From NCBI GenBank assembly GCA_002633005.1, contig NMRA01000072.1, positions 330,952-394,951 on the forward strand: DNA of 64,000 bases, in the 5' to 3' direction. The translations under genes were made by a program, and so were the position numbers. The notes under the pieces were generated by a model. That model searched no databases, was not told the origin of the DNA, and saw nothing but the letters and a program-made list of their open reading frames with translations. Shown piece by piece: positions 25,371 through 40,000 of this stretch (positions are counted from its first letter, which is position 1; every line of letters starts with the position of its first letter). The DNA is from Phoronis australis (Eukaryota > Animalia > Phoronida).

Positions 25371-26865
25371 CCAGAAGAGAAATTTCGTACATTTAAATAA
25401 AAGAATAACATCGGTTAGATGACAACTGATGATTCCAATAAGGAATAGTCATCTAACAGTATGTTAGGCAATGAACAAAGCAACTGTGTGGACTCTTGGA
25501 ATGCACCGAATAAACCTTTTCATTTCTGCCCGTTGGAAGCCGAGTGACCGAGAGGCTGGCGTGAGTCTGGTCTGTCATACCTGAGTGTTAAGGTCTCATT
25601 GTAAAGCACGCTGCTATTGCATTTTAATCCACTGCCGTTGTTTATCGCAGTCGATATGCCAATTTATAAATTAGCCAGGGCCCCTCAATTGAAAACCAAC
25701 CCCCTCGAGTAGAGGTCATTGGTTTGTTTTCCGAGCGTAGACTTTTACCATGATACGGCAGCCGTACCATAACACAACAGGTTTTGAAGTGATGTGCTGT
25801 ACATATTTGACCGATATCATCGGTGTCAAATAATAATAAATTCCAAATCGTATTGTAAAGCTTGCTTTAGTAGTTTTGAGTCAGCCACCATTCTGAGATA
25901 CAACGAGTATTAAACCATAGACCCTAATGTGTGTCTATGTATTAAACTTATCACAGTTCCCTTGTCTGCGAGTCAAATAATTCTGTTTGCACATGCACAT
26001 TTCCTGATCAGACAGAGTCAACAGATTCAAATTTCGTTTTATTGTTTAAAATATTTACCTACCATGTCTAAGTTTTCTTACCTTGTTAATCGAAAGTCAA
26101 TGTTTTATATTAATCGGAACCTTTTAGTCAAATGACTAAGTGGTCACATGCAGAAGAACACGGTCATATGCCGGACTAATTAAAACATTGATACATTTAT
26201 TTTACATGTAATTAATTCGACAGATTGAATAAGTTTTTCACTGTTCCCTTGTCTGCGTGTCAAATGAAATACATTTATGAATAAAAATAAAATCGGGACA
26301 ATTGAGTGCTATGTTTAACTTTAATTTTGGGAGTTTGGTGCATACCAGGATAGGGTGCGTGATATTGTTGAAAGAACATATTGTTTACTCTAACGTTATA
26401 TAATTGCCAGTGGATGTGGGTGTATTCGACGAGTTGAACTGAGGACTTATAATATCTCCTCAACAATTAGTAAATTAGTAAATCCCATGCTCATCGTCTG
26501 AAGTGAGTACCTGGGGTGAGCTTTAGGTACAATCTCTAGTTCAACTTGATTCAAACTTGCCAATTTATCCATTTGAAGAAACAAAATTTCTAAAAACGAC
26601 AGTTTCGCTAATTACTAGACTAGATTAGGTAGAGTTCCATCACTGGATGGCTAAGGCCTACACGTACGTTTGCACTAGTGTGTTCTCAGCTTCCGCCGGC
26701 CACTGCGCTCACGGTTCACTACTGAGAATACGTCAGACTGCATGTATCCAGCTCATAAAGGGTTTGGTCCGATCGAGGTCATGGCAGTTGTATCAATTAT
26801 TCAGCATCTATCACAGAACGAAACGTTTACGCTTTGTCTGTTTTTACATAAACATGTAGACTTAC

Positions 26866-26983
26866 CAAGGTCGTCTGCCACGATAAAGACGATGTTAGGT
26901 TTAGGCGAAGTCATAGGCTTGCCGTCACATCTGTAGCATGTTAATGCGACAAACAAAACGCTTACGATTGTCATGAAAGGCAT
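26866..26983 (-). CDS. Extra (type B) first exon upstream of sulfatase copy 2
   Basis: [40 protein letters not shown] ends at a consensus phase-1 donor GTAAGT, compatible with exon 2 at 22872. Confidence 0.75.
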
Positions 26984-27394
26984 TTCTGCAACAGGTGTCG
27001 ATCCCGGTATCAGCCCTCACTCACGGCTTCCCAAGCACGAGAATATTCAGAAGTCAGTGCACTAAATTGACATGACCGGTCAGACCAAAGATATTATAGT
27101 TACATAAGGGTACACAGTGTCTTTGCTATCATGGCGATCTGTGGCCGGGAAGAGGTCTCGAGACTCGAGATCAATATAATTGTGCATAGACACGACCAGT
27201 CAGACTCTGTCACGGCGCTCTGCGGGGAGAGCTCTCGAGATTTGTATGGATGGGTACCTGTGTAAAAACACTGTGGCGAAAAGTAGGCCTAACATATTTT
27301 GTGAAATCCCTTACGGTCAATATCGAATATTTACAAACTGGGCGTAAGCAGGCAGTCTATTTGAAACTATACAGAGCACAGGTCTTGCACTCAC

Positions 27395-27516
27395 CCAGAT
27401 CGTCGGCCACAATAAAAACAATGTTAGGTTTTAGGCGGCCTCACAGACCTCGCGTCGCATTTGTAGCAGACGAGCAGTGTAAGGAAAACCCTCAAATATA
27501 ATGCGGAATGGGACAT
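27395..27516 (-). pseudogene. Frameshifted type A first-exon copy of the sulfatase
   Basis: Reads [30 protein letters not shown]-stop. One extra base (CCTAAAACCTAAC) puts [13 protein letters not shown] out of frame. The GTGAGT donor is retained. Confidence 0.7.
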
Positions 27517-30500
27517 TGTTGCTTTGTCCGGTCAGATTACTTTCCGGCCGGTTTTCAACAATTGGTGTCGTCAGACTCGTCGCTGCGTCAACCTCAAGAG
27601 ACAGGCACTAGTCTTCGTAGACCCAATCACTTTCGACAGTTGTTTATCACACTGATGTTTTATTTTTAACTTCACGTTTTTTTAGCCGAGCGTCCCAGTT
27701 ACTGACCCCAAGTTGTTTATACAGGTAGTGATCAGAAGATAAATTTAGTTCAGTTACTTTAGAAAGAAAATAACGGCGGTCACACGACCACAAGTGATGA
27801 TAAAATGTTCAAATAACGAATAGTCATATTACAGTATGTTTAGCAAACAAATGGAACCTTTTCATTTCAGTCCGCTGGGAACTGATTGACGAAGAGCCCG
27901 GGCACGGCGCGAGTATCGCCATTGAATGTTAAGGTCTCATTGTAAAACACGCTGTCATTGCATTTTAATCCACTGCTTAAACCATGCAGCAGTTGTTTGT
28001 CACATGTAGCGACAGTCGAGGTGCCAATTTAGAAATCAGCCAGGGCACCTCAAAGAAAACAAATCTGGAAGAGAGTTCATTGGTTTGTAGTTCTTTTTTG
28101 CGTAGACATTTACCTGGTCCATTCCATGGCACAGCAGGTTATGAACTGAAGATGCGCATGCTGTACACATTTTGCCGATATCACTGGTGTCAAATAATAA
28201 ATTCCGAATCGTATTGTAAAGCTTGCTTTAATTTGTAGTTTTGAATCAACGACCATTCTGCGATACTACGAGTATCAAACCATGTACTAAGTGTGTGTCT
28301 ACGTATCAAACCAACCACTGCATTTTCAACATAAACACTGTTGGCACAACCACACAAACGGGTCTAAAAACCATGTTTGAAGGTGTAATGCATTCTGGAA
28401 CATTCAGCAGTTCCAGGCGGTAAAGGACTTGTGAACTGCAACTGATATCAAGTAAAACTGAGGAATAAATGTTTGTTTAGATGTCTCTCGTTCGTTACAA
28501 CGTTCATCAATTGCAGTACGAACTTGCCTTGCGTATCCGGTATAACAAAAGAAAATACATAGTAAGCATGAAACACTCGACTTTGGTTTACCCATTCAAA
28601 AGACCTCCAAAACTGCCACAATGTCAAACTTAATAAAAAATGTATTTTAAGCAAGTCTTTTCAGACTTCAACACAACATCTTAACTCACGGTATCACAAA
28701 CCTCTAAAAATAAAACACGCTTTTCATAGTTGGTGTTGTGTGTGGCTTCAAACAATTTTGCAAAAAAATTGGATTGCTGAAAAGATTTAGAATTTAGGAC
28801 TCAAGAGGAATGGTGCAAGCAGTTTATTACAGCCAGCATTGCCTGAATACACACGTTCTACAAATCACCAGAAAATCCATGGATCAGGTTATCAGACAAA
28901 GCTTCAATACAACCTCACAAGATCAAATACAGGTTAATTCTCCTGCAACAGGTTACAAATTTTTGCTACCAATTCTCTTCCCAAAAAGGAGGATCTTCAA
29001 ATTTCGCAGATTATCCATTTCATGTACTGATGTTGGAGTGTTTCCTGCAGTGTTCCAGAAATTTTTCAGCAACTCGATGAATTTAGTGCAAAGAAGCAAG
29101 AGAAGGAATGAAATAATGTCTGCTCAAATGGCCAAGTTGAGGTGACAAGATAGTGTAACTGAGAGAAAATCTTACAACAACAGATTCAAGCCTTTTCACA
29201 GGTGCTGTAAATATCTCCTATCAGTATCTAAGCCAACATGATGTGCTTTTCCAAATTAAAAAATGCGCTGCTCTATGGAATACATCGGTCGAGTGTGAAA
29301 TCAACACACAACTGATAAGAAGTGTTAAAATATCTTTTCACAGCGCGGAATGCAGCGTTTGCTGGCAATAGAATTGTGCTGGTTTATGCAAAGTTTCGGG
29401 TCCCTGGCTTAAGCAGAAAAAAGTTTGTGTCAAGAGAATCACCATGTACAATCGCAGACTACATTATCTTCTGATAATCACTGCAACAACCCTAATTATT
29501 CAACACATTCAGCAGACTTTCACATTCATGTCTCATTAAAACATTTCATAATAGGTAAATGTACACAATAAAAGTACTGAAAGTGACCTCTCAAAGTCTC
29601 ATCACTATATACATATAAATAAAATCACTTGACAACTGCAGCAACTAACAGCTCACAAAAAGGCTTGTTGCCAAATGACACCAATCTAAACAATCCATAC
29701 TCCTCTGTATGCAAAAAAGATCTTTGTATCCCACATCACAAAATGTGTAATAGTGAACTAAACATACTTTTTTCACTTTGAATTACCCAATTAAACAGGC
29801 ACGGATCCGGAGGGTGGGTCCGCAGGATGGGTCCAGGTGGATGTTTCTCAATGAGTCTATTGCTTTTGGCTAAAAATCAGTTTACAAATGGTTTAACCTG
29901 CTTCACAAAATCAGCCTAAAGTCAGACAATCTGTTTACAATTCACAACCAAACGACAGAAATCCATAGCCTGCTCAGGATCAGGCTAAAAGTCAAAGCCA
30001 AAAAACATACTTTTGATTACAGACTCCCTGAGAAGCAGGCTCCTGGAAGCATCCCAAGCAACCCACTTTACCCTTTCTTGGACCCCCTGGAGAAAATCCT
30101 TGATCAGCACCTGTTAGACAACAGTGGAATTGGGTTTACTTGACAATGCTAAATACATTTATAAAGTCATACAGGGCAACAATACCATCTTCATTAAAAT
30201 TTACCCTGATGTCTTAAAGTGCGGCCAATCACAGCGCTATCATCCAAGACTATACTGACAATGTGCCCACTATTGCAAGGGGCCATGCATTTAAGACTTG
30301 TTATCAGTTCACAATTATCTTTTTCAGAAGTGTACAAAGCTCACACCTTTCCAAACTTCTCTACCTAAAAGCATATAATTAAAGACAATTTGGATGTTAC
30401 GAAAGACAGGGTTTTCCGTTTAACATTTTACTGCTGCTAGCTAACAGTAGATTTATAAGGAATATTAAATAGAAGTGAACCCAATGTTCAATACCGGTAG

Positions 30501-31061
30501 TTTATTTTTTTTACTCAGGAGTATTATGTCGCAGAAAAATGTACCGCATGTAAAAACTTTGAGTTTGATAGCTTTTCTGGTCATGAGATAATTTCATCAT
30601 ACTTATGTGCTTAATGTAACATGGTTATTAATTTAAATAAATTGTATGTATGCTTTGAAAATTCAATGCTGGTGTATTTCTGTACACACAATATGGAAAT
30701 GAGCTTTCAATTAAAAGAAAATATGAGGTAAATTGAAAAGCCCAGTCAGTGTCAAGAATTTCCGATTGAAAACTCATTACCGTACTATCTTACCAATTTT
30801 GGACAAAAATAATCACCAAAATTGCACTTATCTGATTTTTCAAGGTCTCCTTACAATGTTGTAACTGCTCAGAAGTTTTTAAAATTTAACGTGACAGTAG
30901 ACAAAACTTGAACGCGGTAAAGCTTTAATTTGGTGCTGTATATTTTATATGCAAAGAATGAGAAAATAAAATTTCAACTGTCAATCAAATGAGGCCCTGA
31001 ATTGGTGATATTTTACCGTACTACATAGAGTGCCATCTAGTGACAAGAATAATCAGACAAG

Positions 31062-34000
31062 TTAGCTAGTCTTGTAGTCCACCAGTCTTTGTTTTGCTCC
31101 AGGGTTGAGTTCTTTCAGAGGTGTACTGTTATGTCGCTTCTTCTGCAGTCTATAAACTTCAGCGGTCAGCTTGGCCACTTCCTGGATAACAAATAAATCA
31201 CCATTACTTCATTTCACAATTGTGGGATTTATAAAATGTGGGTAAAGTTACCCAGTCCTGTTCCAGAATAATGCACATTTTCCACAGCACGTTTTGTCCA
31301 GATGCTTTTTGACAAGTACCTTATTGTCGATTAAACATAACGCTCAAATGAGGTCAAAACATGAATCTAACAATTTCTTGAGTGAACAAACCCAGCGGCA
31401 TCCGACAAAAACACTGAGTGCAATATATTTTAAAAAGATGGTTCCTCACACATAAAAAGCTGGATACAGTCCATAGGTGCAATGATAGAGGCAACAAATT
31501 TAGCCATTGGTTATTTAATGCAGAACCTCTCTTGTTAAATAGTCGGCATGGAAACACCCACTGGAGCCCCAGCAGTGTGTTAGCCNNNNNNNNNNNNNNN
31601 NNACTCAGCTTGAAACTAATTTATATATCAATAACAAAGCCCACAGCCAGGGCTTCAACTGGATTGAACAGTTTATTTTCAACTCATGACAAAGCCCAAA
31701 AATCTAGTTGTGCTGGCTCAGTGTTGGTTCACATAATTTGTGACACCTTTTTCAAGTACAGAACTTTTAATTTTTTGTAATATTTAACGACTCATTGTTT
31801 AAAGTTTTAGAGTATTCAAAGCATGTATCATTGACTTTAATAATTAAAATATCCAACATTCAATTCAAATACGATTCAATTCAGAAACTAAACTGGACTG
31901 TCTGTATTATCACATTCTAAGGAACGACCTTTCTGAAAAGCCAAAGTAAACAAACGCTGATAACTTGAGTAAGACTCGTGATATCAGTAGCATGTGATCG
32001 GATAAAAAACTGTTACCTTTGAAAGATACTTGTAGTAAGACGTGACAATCCCCAGTTAACACTCTCATTATCTTCACTATAGTGTTGCAATGTAAGTACA
32101 CATCAGAAACCCGTGATGAACTAATGGGACGAAGACATGTGACTTGTGATATAGAAGGTGGACATTTACTTTACTTGAAGTGGCCACACACCATTTTGTT
32201 ATTTCAATAACAACACTAATTTCATATTCGTCACACCTAATGCACCCTAATGAGTGCTGGGTGCTTGATACAAATAGGAGATTTAAATCAAACCCGTTCT
32301 AACTTTGCTCAGTTATAAACTGATCAATATTTGTACGTTTATTCTCATTTTTATACGTTTCAACCATTTACCATGCCCACATCTTAATGTATATTTCCAC
32401 ATTTTCTGACAAATAATTGTCTGTTATTATGCAGTGGTAACTTTTAGTAGAGTGGTACTGCAAACTTAAAAATAACAATAGCAATAGTAATAGTAATAGT
32501 AATTGCAATAGATAAGAAATAGTGATAGCGATAGTTAAGAAATAGTATTAGAAATAGTAATATTAACAGAAATAGTAATAGCAATTATTAGTAATAGATA
32601 AGAAATAGTAATAAAAATAGTAAAGATTGTCAGAAAGTGACAATAATGACTCTGAGTGAGTGACACATTCCAGAAGGTTTACAACCTTTGCGGTGGCTTG
32701 TGCAGCATAGCAGAACTATACAAGAAAATAGCAATTTGGATTATGCTAAATCGCTAGATGTTTAACTGTTGACACATCAGAATACATGTTGAATGAAAAG
32801 GTCAAAATTTCAGAAGAAAAATGCACCCAACAACCCCATGATTGCCCCAAATGACTGGAAGCTTTAGAATGAGAGCTCAAGTGTGTACATCAATCACATG
32901 TGTAAATCTGAATTGTCTAGTTCAAAATTTAAGTTTGCACTCAATGACTTTTGACCTATTTTTTCTGATTTAATGCCTTGATTGCTTAGAAAGGTAGTGC
33001 ATTTGATTGGCATGCATGCTTACACCCGTGCACTGGAACTGAAGAGAATTCCTAGAAAGATGTGGGAGAAATAACATTTTGAAAATTGGATTACCTTTAC
33101 ACTAATTGATCGTTTCCGGTGCACTATGAGCCATTTTAGTAGATTTATTGCAGTCCGTGAAAAGTGTGTTTAATCATGCCAAGAATCACAGTTGTCTAAC
33201 TGTTGACACATTAGAATACATGTTGAATGAAAAGGTAAAAAAATTCAGAAGAAAAATGCACCTTGTGACCACATGGTTGCATCAAATGAGCTGAAATTTT
33301 GGAATTAAAAGTCAATTACATGAACCAATCAGTTGTGTGAATTTGAAGTATTTAGTTCAAAATTAAAGTTTGCACCCAATGACCTTTGACCTCTTTTATC
33401 TGATTGGATGACCCGATTGCTTAGAAAAGTAATGCATTTGATTGGCATGTAGACTTACACCTATACACATAAATTGAAAAGAATTCCTTGGAAAATGTAG
33501 GAGAAATAACATTTTGAAAATAAGATGACATTTGCATCTATTTACCACTTCCAGTGCATTACCAGGAATTTCCATAGATAAGTCCATGGGCGTGTGTTCA
33601 GAAAATGAAAATTTTCAGGTGTTTTAACAACACCAAATAATTGCCCGGGCGTTAATTCGGAAAAGGGGGGGGGGGGGCTGGTAAATGAAGTCATAGTTTT
33701 GCAGACTTTGACATTTTTACTTAAAAGCGTGTTTTTAAATTTTATGTTAATAAATGCATAGTTTTCCAACACCTTGTTTGTTTTTATAAATTATAATAAA
33801 TGCTCCACAAAACTGAAGTTGTGACAAAAAGTTGACGCTGAATGGGTTTGTAAGAGGAAAACTTCCAAATAAATGAGCCACTGTTTGGACACTTGACACC
33901 AGAAGTTTTAATACCAAAATTAGCACCCATGGGTGTTTATTCGGCATAATTTTCCAAAAAAACGCCCATGGGCGTTTCATCGGGTGGACTTATCTACAAA

Positions 34001-37000
34001 AAATCCCAGTAATAATGTATAAAATTTATGGATGGCTCAATCGTACTTGAAAAGTTTCAAACATGTTTGAGAGTTATTAAGCTCTAGAAAAGATCGGAAA
34101 GGAAAATAATAATGATAAAAAGCAAAAAACCCGAGAATAACAATACTGTGCTTGTACGCGCAGAGCAACAACAACAATAACAATAATGATAATAAAAACA
34201 ACAACGATAACAAAAATCAAACTAATTTTGGTACTAATCTAAAGTGCTAATATTCCTTTTAATTTAGTTGCTTTCAGTTAATCTGTAACAATTCATAATG
34301 TGAGTTCTCATTATCATGAAATGGTTTGTAAAATTTGATTTATTAGAGCAATAGATTGGCAAAAAAATGTCAGGGGGGCGCTCACACGAAGAATGTGACA
34401 AAGTGATGGGAAAATAACAAAACAGCAAGATGATAGTTGAAAACATTGCAAGCTGAGGACCTGCTCAAGCACAGTGACAGCAAGCAGAACAAGAATATGA
34501 TTCACTCACTTCTCGTAGTGTGTTGTTTTCATCTTTAATCGCCAGGTGGTGCTGGATTTTCTGCTTAGGGTTTTGATGACCCACCAGCTTGGCGTTCTCA
34601 GAACGCAATATTTCCAGGTTTTCTTCTTTCGCCCGGAGTTCCTGTGCACAGAAACAGTTTGAGTCAGTTAACGAGAGATAAAAGCAACGCGGATAGTTCA
34701 TATGCACTAATAACGTGCATGGCAAATGGCAAAGATACAAGGCATGCACCCCTTTTTCAAACATTCCCAAACTTAAAAGTCATCTGGAAACTGCCTGATG
34801 CAATTCTGCTATACATTGAGATTGCCAAGTCTGATCCATCCCGTATCAACACCAGGCATGCTCACTTCAATGGAAACTAATTTGGCAAGAAAATTGTTTA
34901 AAAAAGAATGGCAGATAGAGAAAAATTATACCAAAAATGAATAGTAAACTAAATTCCAGTAGGGGGCACAGCACTAGTCAAACTTAGGTCAGTGTTGCTC
35001 CATCCTAGCCACGTTGCGTGAAGATCCTTCACTAAACTTGGTAGATATTGAAGCAAACGCAAAAAAAACACTGCCACTAGAGGGCACAGTATCAGTAAAA
35101 ACTGTCCAAGAATCAACGTTGGACAGGTTTCTGTCAACAAAAACTAGTGCATCAAACTTCATAGTGATTCCTCAAAGCTTTTGACAGAAAAACGTAAGAT
35201 AAAAACAGAAGCAAAATACTTAAGTTCCTAGAGCCATCACAAATGGACAGGTGGTGTCTAATTCTCTATTGAAACACATGTGTCAAATTTCATGAAGTTC
35301 AAACAAGGGACTTTGTAATTACAGAAGCAGACTCAGAAAGCATAATTGGCAAAAGGGAACTCAGCAGAAATCAGATCCATCCATAAGTCAATCTACTACG
35401 TACTTTTGTTAACAGGAACACACCTACTACCAAGATATATTAGGATTTTTTATTAAAAACTTGCTTGATACTGAAGCAGGCGCAAACAAAATGAAACTAC
35501 CCGTTGTACAGCCGTGGGTTTATCACCACGCACCCAGTATAACCTCTTCAGTGTAGATCAGATCTCCATACCTCCTCACTATAGATTTACATGAACAGTC
35601 ACTCCAGTAGTACTAAAGAATATATATACTAAGCCAGTGTACACCCTCAAGTTTAGATATGGGTTCTGTTTCGTGAAAATTGACTTAACACTTATGTTTC
35701 TGTTTCGTGAAAATTGATTTAACACTTAAGTCAAGATTTTGTCTAATGCTCCACGCATCAACTATTTTCCAAGTAACTGAATCTCACGTGAGCAAATTAA
35801 GTGCAAAGTGAATATACATACATGATTGCTAGCACGTGAGATAATTTCTATATTTATTTCTAGACTGTGGTGTGTTTATAATTATTTGGCTAGACCTCTA
35901 TTCAGAAATTTTGAAGACCAAATTCTGTCTTAAATCTTACGTTGCTTTCACGAAACAGACTCCTGGGTTACGTTCCGAAGATGCAAGGACCTAGCCAAAA
36001 CCAAAGATTACACCAAAACTTCACGAGATATCTCCGTGTATACAAGTGAAGCATGTGAATGCACTAGCTTTACTCACGAAATCTTGCATCTACAAAACGC
36101 AGCCCTGGCCTCTCTTGTGTCCTCACTAAAGACCCCCTGTGCAAAGCCCCCTGTACCATCACCTACAGTATATCTTGTTCAGTTTGTACCTGCAATTCCT
36201 CACCTCAATACAGACGCCCCCAGTAAAGAGCCCCGTGTACCATCACCCAACAGTATATCTTTTCCAGTTTGTACCTGCCATCCCTCACCTCATCACAGAC
36301 CCCCCAGTACAGAACCCCCTGTAGGCCTACCATCACCCACAGTACAATACATCTTCTTCAGATTGAACCTGCACTCCCTCACCTCCTCATTATAGAGCAC
36401 CCAGTATAGAGCACACTGTAGGACTACTGTCACTCACAGTATATCTTCAATTTGGACCTGGCCTAATTCTCCTCCCATGTACAGTCTCCCAGTATACCTT
36501 GTCCATTGAGACCTACTCTCCCTTGCCACTACCCACCCCAAGTACAGTCCCCCCATAAAGTCGGGTATACCTTCTCTAGTTTGGACCTGGCCTCCTTTGC
36601 CTCTTCCACCTCGTGCTGCACCTCAGTTGTCCTCAGGTAAGCATTGTCCAAGTTTTGGCGTAGCCTAAACGACCAATTAAAACATCTGTATTAGTTCTAG
36701 AAGAAACAGTTGTCTTAATTCTGAGACAACCTAAAACATCTACATTATTTTGTTCAAGTTCTGTCCTCAGCCAAACCTCTAAGTTGTTGTGCAGATAAAC
36801 ACTAGATTTCTATGGTTTAATAACCATACCATACCACAAACAGGTGTGATCAAAGATTGAAAATAACTTAGAAGATGCATCATCCTTTTCATGAGTGGAG
36901 GAGGACAATGGAAGCATTTGCTCATCTCAAGAAGACACCCCTCTGACTGTTGCACAGCTACAGATACAGTATTGACAATACAGACCCCTTTGTTGATATT

Positions 37001-40000
37001 AGTGCTTGATTAGCAGAGACTGAGATAAAAAACTGCATGCTATCATTCTACTGAGTTTCTTTATGGAACGTGAATGATGATCTATAATTTCACATTGTAC
37101 AAAACAATACGTAGTTATCCTTGTTAGCAAGAAAGCTAACAACAGTTTAGTAACAATCATCACCGCCATACCTTTGATTTGCAGATTCCAGTTCACTACA
37201 GTTATTAGTGAGTGATGCATTCTGGGACTCCAGTGCGTTATACCTGGTAAAGAGAGAAGTTGATGTTCACAGCAACTTGTAAAGAAGCAGCTTTGCTTCT
37301 TAAGACTAATTATAAAATCAGCAAGGAGCAACGGAACCATTCTGTTATTAGCCTCCAGTTCAGTTAGTAAGTCATAGCAAGGATTACGTTTGCTGAAGCA
37401 CATCAAAAAGACCAATATGGTTGCCAATAGTTTTGTGACGAAAGTAAATTCACCAACTTCGCTAAACATGTTCACATAGCCAAGAATACAGAGACTTGAA
37501 AGATTGGCAACAAAAGATTTTCAAGTTAAAAGGTAACGTGGAGCGTTGAAATGCGACCATGACTGCAACGCAAACAGTGTGCTCCTAATGGTGTTTTTAG
37601 TAACATAAAAATGGCCATCAGATGGCGCAGAATAACCCAAACCCGTCTGAAACTGGGGACGCATCACTGCCTCTCTATTACAAAATTATATGTCAACTTT
37701 CATGAAAATCCACCAAGGAACTCCAGACGTAAAAAAACAAATTGCCATTAGAAGGCACAGCGCCGACAGCGGTAGTTGAATCTGTCCATCTGTTGTCAAG
37801 TTAATAGGAATAGAACTAGACTTGACAAATCATGATCTTGCAATGGGTTTAGTAGATACAGCTGCAGATTCGAAAAATCACTAGGGGGCACCACAGTAAT
37901 TGCACCCATCTGAGCGGTTTGGCGAATACAGAAGCAGACAGCAAAAAGAAGACTACAAAATAATTCACATGACCACTAGGTGGTGCACAATACGTTGAAT
38001 CACAAATTGGAAAGATGCTGTCATCTTCACAAAAGAAAACCGTTTGCCAAAGTTCAAGAAAAAGCATCGAGGAACTCAGAAAGATATTGAGGCAAAGGTA
38101 AAAAATAATAAAATTGCTACTAGCCATAAATATGGGGGCACATAAAAATCCATCAATGAACTCCAAGGATCTGAGGCAAACATAAAAAACCTTAAACTGT
38201 CACTGGTGAGGGGGCACACCTGTAGTCGAATTGGTCAGAAACTCATCGTCATATCTTATCATCTGATATCTGCCACATTTCACAAAGATCTTCCAAAGAG
38301 TTAAGATCCTTTGAGCAGTTTGGCGGATAGGAAGGCGGATATAAAAAGTACTCGATATTTTTTTAAACTGCCACAAGAAGATTATGTCAAATCTGCCCGA
38401 AAACAGTAAGATGCTATCATCCCTTTAATAGCTAAATTTTATGAAAATCCATCAAGGAACTCAAAAGATAGAGGTAAACGTAAAAAAATAAAATTGCCAC
38501 TAGGGGGGCAAATCTGTTGTTGAATCAGTCTGGAACTTGTCGTCTGTCGTCAGCATCATAGGTACATCTGTCAAATCTCATTATGATCCTACAAGGGGAT
38601 TAGGAGATGCAGCCCCGGACGCTGGATGCCCAGACAGATGATGGCAATATGCGCACACATACAAATATGTGGGCGCATAAAAATGGTTAGTTTCTAATTA
38701 TGGTCAACCCAAGAAACCAAGCATGTATTATTCAGATATACTAGTTTACAAAATATTAATACAAAATTGATATGTCTAGTGCAAAATTCATCATGCCTAT
38801 GGAAATCGCAGAAATTTTCTTCAGGAATTTTCTGATGATATGAAAGGAAAAATTTGTGTGATTTTTAACAATTTTTCAGAAGGGAACGAGACCAATATTT
38901 GGCCTGAATATTATGGAATTATTTTAATGAGTGTAATAAAAATTTGTGATCATCACCAGTTGAAAATTTTTGGACAAAATGGGGCAGATATGTGAAATTT
39001 CATTTAAAACATCTGTTTTTCATTTAAAACATCTGTTTTCCATAAAGACATGTAGCACCAAAATAATGCTTTTCCTTATTCAGGATTTGTACAGTAACTA
39101 TCAACAGACACTATTGAAAAATCTGTGCATTCATAATATTGTACTGCTACAAACTCTTGAAAAATGAAAAAAGGCAATGAGTTTTTATTGAGTTTTGTCC
39201 AAAATTTGGTGAGTTTTTATCGTACATGTGCACCAATTTTATGCTCGAGTTAAAAAGCTCAACCTTATAAGCAAGGTGGTCCTATGCACCACTACTTGCA
39301 GATCTATGGAATACGGAGGTACTTACTTAAACTCCAGCCCATACTTTTCCTGTCGTAACTGTGAGTTGGTAATCTCTGATGAGTGTAGCTGGTCTTCCAA
39401 TTGACTGACTCTCTCTTCTCTGAGGGAGAAATGTATCAAGCTGACAGAAACATTTAAAGTATTTCACAATAGAGAACACATTAAAACAGTGTTATGATAG
39501 AGAGAGAATCTTTCATTTGTTTTTACTTGTTAAGTAAAGTGTCTACGCCTGAATCCAAGCCACACTTTATGTTTTCGATGTCACCCAAGTTGCGTGTAAT
39601 TTACAGACCGTTGCAGCTACTTTTATGATTTTAAATTTTGTTTGGGAAGCACAATTCTCACTCCCCTTTATTTCAAACGTTACCACTGCACGATGGCGTC
39701 TGCATTCAGTCTGATTATTCAAAGTGTCATTACCTGGAGTTTTTATAATGCTAGTAAAAGTATTCTATACTACTAACAATTGCAGGATATGTGTCAAATG
39801 TGAATGTTTTAATTAAGAACATGTTTCGTGGCAAAGATAACCCAACACAATTCACAAACTCACGACAAGCCCAGAATACGATGTAGTGCTGAGAATATCA
39901 CTGCATGTTAAATGATATAGTGCTGAGAATGGCTCTGCATGTTAAAGGATGTAGTTCTGAGAATGTAACTGCATGTTAAATGATATAGTGCTGAGAATGT

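Noticed and set aside
184-27280. The two sulfatase copies as uncollapsed haplotypes
   Set aside because: Different TE insertions, different upstream module order and clustered amino-acid divergence favour true paralogs. Read depth would settle it.
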